This document shows positions 9,819 to 18,635 of a stretch of 64,000 nucleotides of DNA, piece after piece (position 1 is the first letter of the stretch; every line of letters begins with the position of its first letter). The stretch covers positions 992,001 through 1,056,000 of the forward strand of contig CBDAOY010000008.1 in NCBI GenBank assembly GCA_965198225.1, given 5' to 3'. A program made the translations under genes and the position numbers. The DNA is from Terriglobia bacterium (GTDB lineage: Bacteria > Acidobacteriota > Terriglobia > 20CM-2-55-15). A model generated the notes under the pieces. The model was not told the origin of the DNA. It did no database searches and worked only from the letters and a program-made list of their open reading frames with translations.

Positions 9819-10853
9819 CTAATCCAGGGTCAACACCGCGGCTCCCTGAACCCGGCTCTCCTTCAGTCTCACCAGGGCCCGGTTGGCCTCCTCCAGGCGG
9901 AAAGCTTCCACTTCGGTTTGAATCGGGATCTCACCTGCCAGGGCCAGGAGTTCCCGAGCGTCCTGACGCGTGCTGTTGGCCACGCTTCGCACGGTTCGTT
10001 CCGAGTAGAGAAGGTCATAGGACACGCTCGGGATCGGCGACATGTAGATTCCGGCCAGCGCGAGGGTTCCACCTTTCTCGAGGACCCGCAGCACGTCGAG
10101 CACGAGGCCGCCCGACGGAGCAAAGACCACGGCCGCGTCGAGCCGCCCGGGCGGCTCGTCCTCGGATCCGCCCACCCAGGCCGCGCCCAGCTCGGTTGCG
10201 TGGGGCCGGTGCTCTTCGCTTCGCGTAAAGACGTACACCTCGCACTGCCAGTGGCGCGCGATCTGGATCGTGATGTGGGCGGAGGCGCCGAAGCCGTAGA
10301 GTCCGAGACGACCCCCGGGCCGGATTTCACTCAGACGCAATGCGCGATATCCGATGATGCCGGCGCAAAGCAGCGGCGCCACTTCGATGTCGGAAAACCG
10401 AGCGGGCAACTCGTAAGCATAGTCCTCTCCGACAATCATCCATTCGGCGTATCCACCGTTGACATCCAGACCCGTAAAGCGGGCCCGATCGCACAGGTTC
10501 TCCCGGTCGCTCGCACAGAATCCACATTGTCCGCAAGTCTGGAACAGCCAGGGGACGCCCACGCGCCCTGCCGGAACTTTGAAGCGCCGGGGCCTGCCCC
10601 ATCGACGAGACCGACAACCTGGATGGCCGGGAAGCGCCGGGGCCTGCCCCAGCGGACAACCTGGTGGCCGTGTGGGGGGCACGAGGTCGCCCTCGATGGT
10701 GTGGAGGTCCGTGTGACATACACCGCAGCATTTCACTCGAAGACGGACTTCTCCTGGCCCTGGCTCGGGGACCGGCCAATCGCGCATGCGCAGCGGAAGC
10801 TTGTCGACACCCATCTGTTCTTCCAACGTCATCGCTCGCATCGTTTCCGGCAT
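9819..10853 (-). CDS. Zinc-dependent alcohol dehydrogenase (AdhP-like), locally garbled at 10581-10670
   Basis: CGVCHTDLH, CGQCGFC..ENLC, APLLCAGIIGY, GLYGFGASA. The expected GHQVVG motif appears in another frame inside an imperfect ~50-bp duplication. Confidence 0.85.
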   Translation of the reverse strand: MPETMRAMTLEEQMGVDKLPLRMRDWPVPEPGPGEVRLRVKCCGVCHTDLHTIEGDLVPPTRPPGCPLGQAPALPGHPGCRSRRWGRPRRFKVPAGRVGVPWLFQTCGQCGFCASDRENLCDRARFTGLDVNGGYAEWMIVGEDYAYELPARFSDIEVAPLLCAGIIGYRALRLSEIRPGGRLGLYGFGASAHITIQIARHWQCEVYVFTRSEEHRPHATELGAAWVGGSEDEPPGRLDAAVVFAPSGGLVLDVLRVLEKGGTLALAGIYMSPIPSVSYDLLYSERTVRSVANSTRQDARELLALAGEIPIQTEVEAFRLEEANRALVRLKESRVQGAAVLTLD

Positions 10854-10885
10854 TTTCTCGCTAGTCCACAGTCTATACTGAGAGT

Positions 10886-11853
10886 ATGAGTACGATTTCC
10901 CATCTATTCAGCGCTTACGAAAGCGAAGTGATTCGGGAGATCGCCCAACACCGCATCCGTCCGACAGCCGTGGAGAAGTTGCTCGAAGGAATCGGCCGAC
11001 CCTTCAGCCGGCTCTTTGAGGCCGGTCGGGAATCCGACAACGGGATGATCCGATCACTGTCCGGACAGGTGCAGGGCGTCATCGAGGAGGGTCTGATTCG
11101 GACGATCAAGATCGGCCGGCGACTGACTGCGGATGCGGACATCGTCGGCGAATTCCAGCGGAGCGGACTCCCCCTCGACGACATTGCCGACGCGCGTCGG
11201 CTGCCGCTCGAGGAACTCGACCGTATCGCAGACAGATTTCACATCGGGAGCAGCCTCGTTCTAGGAACCGAGGGGGCGGCCCTGGGCGCACTGACCACGC
11301 TGGCATATGCCGTGCCGGGAGCGGGCCTGCTCATACCTTCGCTCGTCCTCACCGACGTGACCTCGTCGATGGCGCTGCTCTCGCGGCATGCCTGCCGCGT
11401 GGCCGGAGTGTACGGGTTTTCCTCAGGCGCGCCGGAGACGCTGCCACATGTTCTTGCCGCGATGGCTCCGCAGACCGGCACGAGCGATGAAGGGTACCTT
11501 GCGCTGAAAGCGGCCGTCGTGACTTCGGTCCGCGAGGCCAGCCAATTCATGTCACGGACGGCGACACGTGTCATCGACCGGCAACTTCTGGAACGGGAAG
11601 CTCCGCAGCTGGTGCGATTGATCGCATTTGTCGCCGAGCGACTCTCGTCGTCGTCACGCAAAAGAACCTGAGCATTCTGGTGCCCGTCGCGGGTGCCGCG
11701 CTGAACTCCTCCGTCAACGTTGCCTTCCAGCAGGTCGGCCACCACGGCGCGAAAGATTACTTCCGACGCTTGACCCTCCACGGGCGCTACGGCGAAGGAC
11801 TGGTCGAAGAGGCTATCTCGCGGGAAACCGAACACCTCCGGTCCGAGTCCTGA
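10886..11853 (+). CDS. EcsC family protein, frameshifted at about 11646
   Basis: EGAALG..PG..D and YGF motifs; the shifted frame continues VVVTQKNLSILVPVAGAALN...YFRR to TGA at 11851-11853. Confidence 0.7.
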
Positions 11854-11982
11854 GTCAGAAATAGGATCAATATCGCTGAGGGCCAACTAGCTGCCCGCCC
11901 TGTAACTTTCTCCGTGTGTTTCTTGCAGTTTCGACTATCCTAGGCTTCTTCGACTCACAACGGGAAAAGAGCAAGGAGTGCC

Positions 11983-13875
11983 ATGTCGAAACAGGCCCCA
12001 CACGAGCCCTACATCCCCGCGACAACGAACCTGGCCGAGATCACGGTCAAATCGATCATCCTGAGCATTCTTCTAGCGATCGTTCTGGGCGCGGCGAACG
12101 CCTATCTCGGTCTCTTTGCCGGCATGACCGTGTCAGCGTCGATACCGGCAGCCGTCATCTCGATGGCGATACTGCGGATGTTCCGCAACTCCAACATTCT
12201 CGAGAACAACATCGTCCAGACAGCCGCGTCCGCCGGCGAAAGCGTTTCCGCAGGAGTCATCTTCACGATTCCCGCTCTCGTGATCCTCGGAACCTGGAGC
12301 GGGTTCAATTACTGGGAGACGACGATGATCGCGGGCTTCGGGGGAATCCTGGGCGTGCTTTTCACGATTCCCCTCCGGCGCGCGTTGATCATCGAGAATC
12401 CCCTGCAGTTTCCCGAAGGTGTCGCGACCGCGGAGGTCTTGAAGGTCGGCGAATCTGGAGGCGCCGGAATCCGCCACATCGCAATATCTGGGATGATCGG
12501 CGCGGTGTTCAAACTCGGCGAGACGGGATTCCGGCTGTGGGGCGGCGTGGTAGAAATGGCGACATACGCCGGAGGAACCATTGTCTACATCGGCACCAAC
12601 CTGTCGCCGGCCCTGATCGGCGTCGGTTACATCGTCGGGCTGAATATCGCGGCTCTCGTCTTCATCGGTGGTGCGATCAACTGGTTCGTCGCGATACCCA
12701 TCCTGGCGTCTCTCCAGGGCATATCCACGGACCAGTCCGCTGTCTCGGCGGCCGGGACCCTCTGGTCCGCCCAGACCCGCTATCTCGGGGTGGGTGCGAT
12801 GGTAATCGGCGGACTCTGGGCCCTGGTGCGGTTGCGATCTAGCCTGGTCCAGGGCATCCGAGCAGGCGCCGAAGCGTACCGCAAGGTTCGCGAAGGCGGT
12901 ATCTCCGCGACGCTGAGAACAGAGCGCGACGCGCCGATGCAGTGGGTCGGCGTCGTACTGGTTCTCGCGGTCATACCCCTCTATTTCATCTTCAACCACA
13001 TCACGGGCCAACCGGGTACATCCCTCATCATGGCCGTGATAATGCTCATCGCGGGATTCCTGTTTTCGGCCGTGGCGGCGTACATGGCCGGTCTGGTCGG
13101 TTCGTCCAACAATCCGATCTCTGGAGTGACGATCGCGACGATACTCAGCTCTGCCCTGCTCCTGCTCTTGTTCATGGGGGCGGACAGCCCCATCGGACCT
13201 GCTTCCGCGATCCTCATCGGTTCGGTGGTCTGCTGCGCGGCAGCCATGGCGGGAGACAACCTTCAGGACCTCAAGGCCGGACATCTCGTTGGCGCAACGC
13301 CGTACAAGCAACAGATCGTCCAGGGCGTTGGCGTGATATCGGCGGCACTGGTGATCGCCCCGACGCTCAGCCTCCTGCTCGAAGCCTACGGAATCGGCAT
13401 CCCGACCGAGACCCATCCGGAGCCCCTGGCGGCGCCGCAGGCGACCCTGATGGCTTCCGTCGCCCAGGGGGTCTTTCGGGGAGGCCTCCCTCTGCCGATG
13501 GTCGGGATCGGAATGGCCATCGCCGTTGCAGTCATCGCATTCGATCTTTACCTGGAAAAACGGCGAAGCCAGTTCCGCACGCCGGTGCTCGCGCTCGCGG
13601 TGGGCATTTACCTGCCGCTGGAGTTATCGGTGCCGATCCTGATCGGTGGCTTGATCGCCCATTCCGTCGGAGCGGGGCTGGGGAACAACGGAGTGCTCTT
13701 CGCTGCAGGCCTGATCACCGGTGAGGCGCTGATAGGGATCGCAATGGCTGTTCCTATCGTCATCTATCGCCGGGCCGACATCATGGCGTTCTGGGGAGTC
13801 CACGAAGGGAACCTTCCAGGGATAGTACTCCTGGCCCTGGTCGCATTTCTCCTCTACCGGGCGGGAAAAAGCTGA
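11983..13875 (+). CDS. Oligopeptide transporter, OPT family
   Basis: NAYLGLFAGMTVSASIPAAV, ENNIVQT, FPEGVATAEVL, GSSNNPISG, DNLQDLKAG, APQA. Confidence 0.93.
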   Translation: MSKQAPHEPYIPATTNLAEITVKSIILSILLAIVLGAANAYLGLFAGMTVSASIPAAVISMAILRMFRNSNILENNIVQTAASAGESVSAGVIFTIPALVILGTWSGFNYWETTMIAGFGGILGVLFTIPLRRALIIENPLQFPEGVATAEVLKVGESGGAGIRHIAISGMIGAVFKLGETGFRLWGGVVEMATYAGGTIVYIGTNLSPALIGVGYIVGLNIAALVFIGGAINWFVAIPILASLQGISTDQSAVSAAGTLWSAQTRYLGVGAMVIGGLWALVRLRSSLVQGIRAGAEAYRKVREGGISATLRTERDAPMQWVGVVLVLAVIPLYFIFNHITGQPGTSLIMAVIMLIAGFLFSAVAAYMAGLVGSSNNPISGVTIATILSSALLLLLFMGADSPIGPASAILIGSVVCCAAAMAGDNLQDLKAGHLVGATPYKQQIVQGVGVISAALVIAPTLSLLLEAYGIGIPTETHPEPLAAPQATLMASVAQGVFRGGLPLPMVGIGMAIAVAVIAFDLYLEKRRSQFRTPVLALAVGIYLPLELSVPILIGGLIAHSVGAGLGNNGVLFAAGLITGEALIGIAMAVPIVIYRRADIMAFWGVHEGNLPGIVLLALVAFLLYRAGKS

Positions 13876-13897
13876 GCGAAATGTGGGCTTCAGGCGA

Positions 13898-14006
13898 GTG
13901 TAGGTGCGGTCTATGACCGCACATTGCTCGAACCGGAGCGATGTGCGCTACGTCCGCACATTCTTCGTCTTGAGACATCTTGTGCGCTCATAGGGCGCAC
14001 CTACAC
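13898..14006. repeat. REPIN-like doublet of inverted GTAG-type REP palindromes between convergent genes
   Basis: GTGTAGGTGCGGTCTATGACCGCAC ... GTGCGCTCATAGGGCGCACCTACAC; related to 49876-49945. Confidence 0.82.
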
Positions 14007-14828
14007 CTACCTCAGAATGTCTTCCAGCGACGTCGACGCATCGGTCTTCTCGTCCCGGTACTTGACGATCACCGGAGCGTAGAGCGAGAGGCCGTGTTCT
14101 CTGGCGAACTCTCCGCCTGCCGGGCGTGCGCCGGGAACCACCACCGCCCCGGCGGGAATCGTCAGCGGCGCGGCATCCGTCCGGCGATAGACCGCCCCTT
14201 TGACGGTGTCGTAGACGGAAACCCCGCCGGTCAGCACGACGCCGGACGCGAGCACGGCCCGCTCACCGACGATCACACCCTCATACACTCCACAGTTTCC
14301 GCCGATGAACGCGTCGTCTTCGATGATGACGGGTAACGCTCCCGGGGGCTCAAGCACTCCACCGACCTGTGCCGCGGCCGAAAGGTGCACGCGACGACCT
14401 ACCTGCGCACAGGAACCCACGAGCGCGTGGGAATCGATCATCGTGTCGTCACCGACCCAGGCTCCGATGTTGATAAACATCGGCGGCATGCAGATAACAT
14501 TCCGACCGATGAAAGCACCGTCCCGGATGCTTGAACCACCAGGTACGACCCGCAGGTTGGACTCTGGCTTCTGCCTCAACGGAAGCGTGTCTTTGTCGCA
14601 GAAATAGAACTCGTCCGACAGCGGACGATCCGTACTCTGGCCGAGACGGAACGCGAGCAGGACCCCCTGCTTGACCCACGCGTTCGCCTGCCAGGCACCG
14701 TCGATCTTTTGGGCGGAGCGGAACTCGCCGCGGTTGAGGCCGTCACGGAATCGAGCAAGCAGATCGACCCCTTCACGACGGGCCTCGTCGAGGGGCAGCG
14801 TCAGGAGACGCCCGATCTCATTCTCCAT
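14007..14828 (-). CDS. dapD: Tetrahydrodipicolinate N-succinyltransferase
   Basis: WQANAWVKQGVLLAFR, VGSCAQVG..VHLSAAAQVGGVLEP; dap operon context. Confidence 0.95.
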   Translation of the reverse strand: MENEIGRLLTLPLDEARREGVDLLARFRDGLNRGEFRSAQKIDGAWQANAWVKQGVLLAFRLGQSTDRPLSDEFYFCDKDTLPLRQKPESNLRVVPGGSSIRDGAFIGRNVICMPPMFINIGAWVGDDTMIDSHALVGSCAQVGRRVHLSAAAQVGGVLEPPGALPVIIEDDAFIGGNCGVYEGVIVGERAVLASGVVLTGGVSVYDTVKGAVYRRTDAAPLTIPAGAVVVPGARPAGGEFAREHGLSLYAPVIVKYRDEKTDASTSLEDILR

Positions 14829-15738
14829 GTCTTTGGCCGACCTCGGAGCCTTCGAACAGACCCAGGTCTTCGACCACGCTTCTCAGCCTCGCCTTGTTTT
14901 CGGGCGCCATCGGGACGAGGGGCAGACGGTACCTCTCGTCAATCATGCCCATCATCGCGAGCGCGGCTTTGACCGGAATGGGATTGGTTTCGATGAAGTT
15001 CGCTCTCATCAACGGCAGGAGCCGGTAGTGCAGGGCCCTGGCCCTATCCAGATCGCCGGCGAGGGCGGCATCCACCATATCGTGGATCATGGTCGGCGCT
15101 TCATTTGCGGCGACGGAGACCACGCCGTCGCCTCCTAGAGCCACCATCGGCAGCGTCGCCCAATCGTCCCCGGACAGCACGCTGAAGCCGTCGGGACGAT
15201 TCCGGATGATCTCCATCACCTGATCGAAGTCTCCGGAGGATTCCTTCACCGCGACGATGCCCGGCAAGTCGGCCAACCGCAGCATCGTTTCAGCCGAGAT
15301 GTTACTGCTCGTACGGCTCGGCACGTTATAGACGACAACGGGAATGTCGTCGGCTTCAGCGATCGCCTTGAAATGCTCGTAGAACCCGGCCTGTGTGGGT
15401 TTGTTGTAGTAAGGCCCGACCGATAGAACCCCGTCGGCGCCCAGCCTCCGGGCAGTGCGGGTCAACTTGACGGCTCGCTCGGTCGAATTGCAGCCGGCCC
15501 CGGCGATCACAGGGACCCGGCCCGCGACGCGCTCCACGATCGACCCGATCACGCGTTCGTATTCGTCGCCCTCCATTGTGGCGCCTTCACCGGTCGTCCC
15601 GCAGGGCACGATCATGTCGATTCCAGCGTCAATCTGGAAGTCAACAAGGTGCGCCAGAGAGGCTTCATCGATGGATCCTCCGGGCGCGAAAGGCGTGACA
15701 AGGGCGGTGCCCGTCCCTCGAAATCTCTGCTTTGTCAT
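14818..15738 (-). CDS. dapA: 4-hydroxy-tetrahydrodipicolinate synthase
   Basis: TALVTPF, GTTGEG, PYYNKP, YNVPSRT, VKESSG, ETNPIPVK. Confidence 0.96.
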   Translation of the reverse strand: MTKQRFRGTGTALVTPFAPGGSIDEASLAHLVDFQIDAGIDMIVPCGTTGEGATMEGDEYERVIGSIVERVAGRVPVIAGAGCNSTERAVKLTRTARRLGADGVLSVGPYYNKPTQAGFYEHFKAIAEADDIPVVVYNVPSRTSSNISAETMLRLADLPGIVAVKESSGDFDQVMEIIRNRPDGFSVLSGDDWATLPMVALGGDGVVSVAANEAPTMIHDMVDAALAGDLDRARALHYRLLPLMRANFIETNPIPVKAALAMMGMIDERYRLPLVPMAPENKARLRSVVEDLGLFEGSEVGQRHGE

Positions 15739-15780
15739 CCTCTTAGACCTTTTCCATGCATTGTCGACGAAGCCGGGCCA

Positions 15781-16488
15781 TTACAGGTCCACATCGTCCA
15801 TGGTGAACACACCCGTGCGGCCCCGTACCCAGTGTGCCGCTTTGAGCGCACCCAGAGCGAACCCTGTCCGGTTTCTCGAAACGTGGCGGAGCTCTATGGT
15901 GTCCGCTTCCGACTCAAAACCCACGGTGTGCGATGCCGGCACACTGCCGGCGCGGATCGAGGCGATGTGGAGGTTTTCAGGCGCCACGCCACCGGTGGGA
16001 TCGGTTTGGATTCGCACCTTCCTTCCGATGGCATCGAGGAGGATTCCTCCGATGCGCAGGGCTGTTCCGCTGGGGTTGTCTACCTTGTCACGGTTGTGCT
16101 GCTCCATTATGTAGGGATCGTAATCGGAGTCACCGTCTGCCAACTCGGCCGCCTTCCTCACGATCCTGTAGAACATGTTCATACCCACGGAGAAGTTTTG
16201 CGCGTAAAGCAGCGCCGAGCCAGAAAACCACTTCTTCACCTCGTCGAGATCGTCGTACCACCCCGTGGTGCCCTGAACGATGTCGACTCCGCACTCCGAG
16301 GCCAGGCGCATGTTGTCGACGGCCGATTCAGGAACCGAGAAATCGATACAAACATCGGCACCCTCCAGGCCACCGCGCTCGAGCGGTCGGTCCACGTCGA
16401 AAACCTCGGATATCTCATCACCGAAGTCTCCCGCGACTCGTTCGACCTCGAGTCCCATTTTGCCGTGACCGATGAGCACTAGTTTCAT
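15781..16488 (-). CDS. dapB: 4-hydroxy-tetrahydrodipicolinate reductase
   Basis: GHGKMG, IDFS, GTTGW, NFSVG, H..K.D.PSGTA, FALGALKAA. Confidence 0.93.
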   Translation of the reverse strand: MKLVLIGHGKMGLEVERVAGDFGDEISEVFDVDRPLERGGLEGADVCIDFSVPESAVDNMRLASECGVDIVQGTTGWYDDLDEVKKWFSGSALLYAQNFSVGMNMFYRIVRKAAELADGDSDYDPYIMEQHNRDKVDNPSGTALRIGGILLDAIGRKVRIQTDPTGGVAPENLHIASIRAGSVPASHTVGFESEADTIELRHVSRNRTGFALGALKAAHWVRGRTGVFTMDDVDL

Positions 16489-16494
16489 GGAGTG

Positions 16495-17484
16495 TCAGGA
16501 TGCCAGTTGCCGTGCGAGGTTGTGGTAGAGATCAACGCCCTGGAGCAGGTCCTTCTTGAGTATTTTCTCGTTCGCCGTGTGCGCATCGAGAATCGATCCG
16601 GGACCGACGAGCAAGGCCTTCCCCAGGTTGCCGAGATAGGGAACATCGCTGCCGAACGACACGACGGTGTGGGGGAACCCGTCCACGACGTGCATGTACT
16701 GCGGCGATGCTCCACTGCGGACATGGATTTCGGCCCGCTCGCCGACGACCCCCCGCAGCCGCTCTTCGGCAGCGGGAACCTCTTCGACCGTTCGCACCAT
16801 CACCGAAGCCAGCGCATTCGGCGCAACGATATTCGCCCGCTCCCCTGCCTCCAGTACGCCGACGTTGAAGGTTCCCGACCCTAGGACCGCATCCGCACCC
16901 CAATCGGCATGGATGCAATCGTGGAGAACCTCGATCAGCGGATCCAAGGCGGAAACGCCCATCTCCGGGTAGCCGGAATGCGCAGCTTTGCCCCGAACCC
17001 TCAAGTCTGCGAGCAGAGTGCCCTTCTGCGCTCGCGCGAGTTTGTTTTCCGTCGGTTCGCCGACGATGACGTATTCCGACTCCCAGTTCAACGTGTTGGC
17101 GGCCTTGGCTCCGTCTCCACCGGTTTCCTCACCCACGACGAGCAGGAACGCAAAATTCGAAAATCCGTCCTGGCGCAATCGGCGCGCCGCCTCCACCATG
17201 GCGGCTATTATGCCCTTCGTGTCGCAGGCGCCTCTGCCGTAGAGAAACGAGTCGTCTTCCGACACGGGCAGGTGAGGTGGAACCGTGTCGATGTGGGTGC
17301 AGAACACGAGCTTCGGATCACCCGCGTAGGCCATCACGTTGAACCGACCGTCGGTGACCGGCTGTGTGTCGATCCGGTACTCCTGGCCCTCAAGAAACGA
17401 GGCGAGGAACCGACCGACCTCGCCTTCGGTTCCCGTAACCGACGGGATCGACATCAGTTGTTTGGTCAGCTCGAAAGGATCCAT
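16495..17484 (-). CDS. M20 metallopeptidase/deacylase (ArgE/DapE family), probable DapE-equivalent
   Basis: HIDTVPP, GRGACDTKG, VGEE, GEPT, GKAAHSG, AHT..E; first gene of the dap operon. Confidence 0.85.
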   Translation of the reverse strand: MDPFELTKQLMSIPSVTGTEGEVGRFLASFLEGQEYRIDTQPVTDGRFNVMAYAGDPKLVFCTHIDTVPPHLPVSEDDSFLYGRGACDTKGIIAAMVEAARRLRQDGFSNFAFLLVVGEETGGDGAKAANTLNWESEYVIVGEPTENKLARAQKGTLLADLRVRGKAAHSGYPEMGVSALDPLIEVLHDCIHADWGADAVLGSGTFNVGVLEAGERANIVAPNALASVMVRTVEEVPAAEERLRGVVGERAEIHVRSGASPQYMHVVDGFPHTVVSFGSDVPYLGNLGKALLVGPGSILDAHTANEKILKKDLLQGVDLYHNLARQLAS

Positions 17485-17574
17485 GACTCAATGATATCAG
17501 CGGCGGAAACAGTTCCGCGCACGTCGTGCATCATTATAGATCGGCAGATCGGCACGGCTGCTACAATCTCTTTC

Positions 17575-17910
17575 ATGCTCAACGACGACGATTTCGCCAA
17601 GCAGAGCGCCGAAGCCCTGGAAGCTCTCAATAGAGGCCTGGACCGGGTAGCCGACGAACACGAAGTCGAGATTCTGTACCAGTCCGGAGTCCTGACCCTC
17701 GAGATCGAGGAACCCACGATTTCAAAGATCGTGATCAGCCCGAACAGCCCGGCTCGCCAGGTTTGGATATCGGCCCAGTCCACCAGCTTCAAACTGGACT
17801 GGTCGGCCGGAAAAGAAGCGTTCGTGCTCCCATCGACGGGCGAAACCCTGAACCAGCTCGTCGGACGGCTCGCCGGCGAGGAAGTCGGCGTGGAGCCTTT
17901 CGCTCTCTAG
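17575..17910 (+). CDS. cyaY: Frataxin-family iron donor CyaY
   Basis: GVLTLEI..KIVISPNSPARQVWISA..FKLDW; start placed at ATG 17575. Confidence 0.8.
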   Translation: MLNDDDFAKQSAEALEALNRGLDRVADEHEVEILYQSGVLTLEIEEPTISKIVISPNSPARQVWISAQSTSFKLDWSAGKEAFVLPSTGETLNQLVGRLAGEEVGVEPFAL

Positions 17911-17927
17911 TAGCCTGTAACGAAGAC

Positions 17928-18302
17928 ATGAGAATCAATCACGTTACCCACAACATCTCAAGGGACAACGTCGAAGCGGCACGCCGTTTCTACTCCGAGA
18001 GCCTGGGCCTCGTGGAGGTTCCCGCGACCCTCGATCCGACCGGTAAACGCTTGATCTGGTACCGTCTCGGATCCCACCTCCTGCATCTATCGATTCGCGA
18101 TCAGGCCGACGCTCGATCGACGCGACATGTCGCGGTGGTGATCAATGATTTCGAGGAGTGTCTGTCCCGTTTGGAGGAGAATGACGTCCCCTGCGATCGA
18201 TGGGATGCCGGCAGCCTTTGGAGAGTTCTTCCGAATGGAACCCGTTCCGCATTCTGCTACGACCCGGACGGGAATCGAATAGAATTGCTGGACACGGAAT
18301 GA
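17928..18302 (+). CDS. VOC/glyoxalase family protein
   Basis: INHV, ARRFYSESLGL, HVAVVI, CYDPDGNRIEL. Confidence 0.88.
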   Translation: MRINHVTHNISRDNVEAARRFYSESLGLVEVPATLDPTGKRLIWYRLGSHLLHLSIRDQADARSTRHVAVVINDFEECLSRLEENDVPCDRWDAGSLWRVLPNGTRSAFCYDPDGNRIELLDTE

Positions 18303-18371
18303 AGCCGCACGCCGGCGTGCGGCAGTGGCCAGTAGTTGTTGAGGGTCGCTCTACCAACGTATTTTTGCTCG

Positions 18372-18635
18372 TCACCATCCACCGCTCAGGGCGCAGATTA
18401 TCTGGATTTCATCCGAGGAATTGATCGTGCCCGCCAGGTCCCGCTGCTGTTCTTCGTTTACGAAGATCTTAATGTGCTCGCGGACCTGGTCCTGCTCGTC
18501 GATGATCCGAAAACGGAAGCCGGGATAATCCGAATCCAGGTGCCGGAGTAGTTCGCCGACGGTTCTACCCTCGGCATGAACCACGTTGGACTGGTTCGTG
18601 TAAGATCTCAGCGGGCCCGGGATGAAGACCTTCAT
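18372..18635 (-). CDS. MoaD/ThiS ubiquitin-like protein
   Basis: IPGPLRSYT, IFVN, C-terminus ALSGGW. Confidence 0.88.
   Translation of the reverse strand: MKVFIPGPLRSYTNQSNVVHAEGRTVGELLRHLDSDYPGFRFRIIDEQDQVREHIKIFVNEEQQRDLAGTINSSDEIQIICALSGGW

Noticed and set aside
18304-18323. Palindrome GCCGCACGCCGGCGTGCGGC between convergent genes
   Set aside because: Single copy without a U-tract; plausibly a terminator but too weak to call
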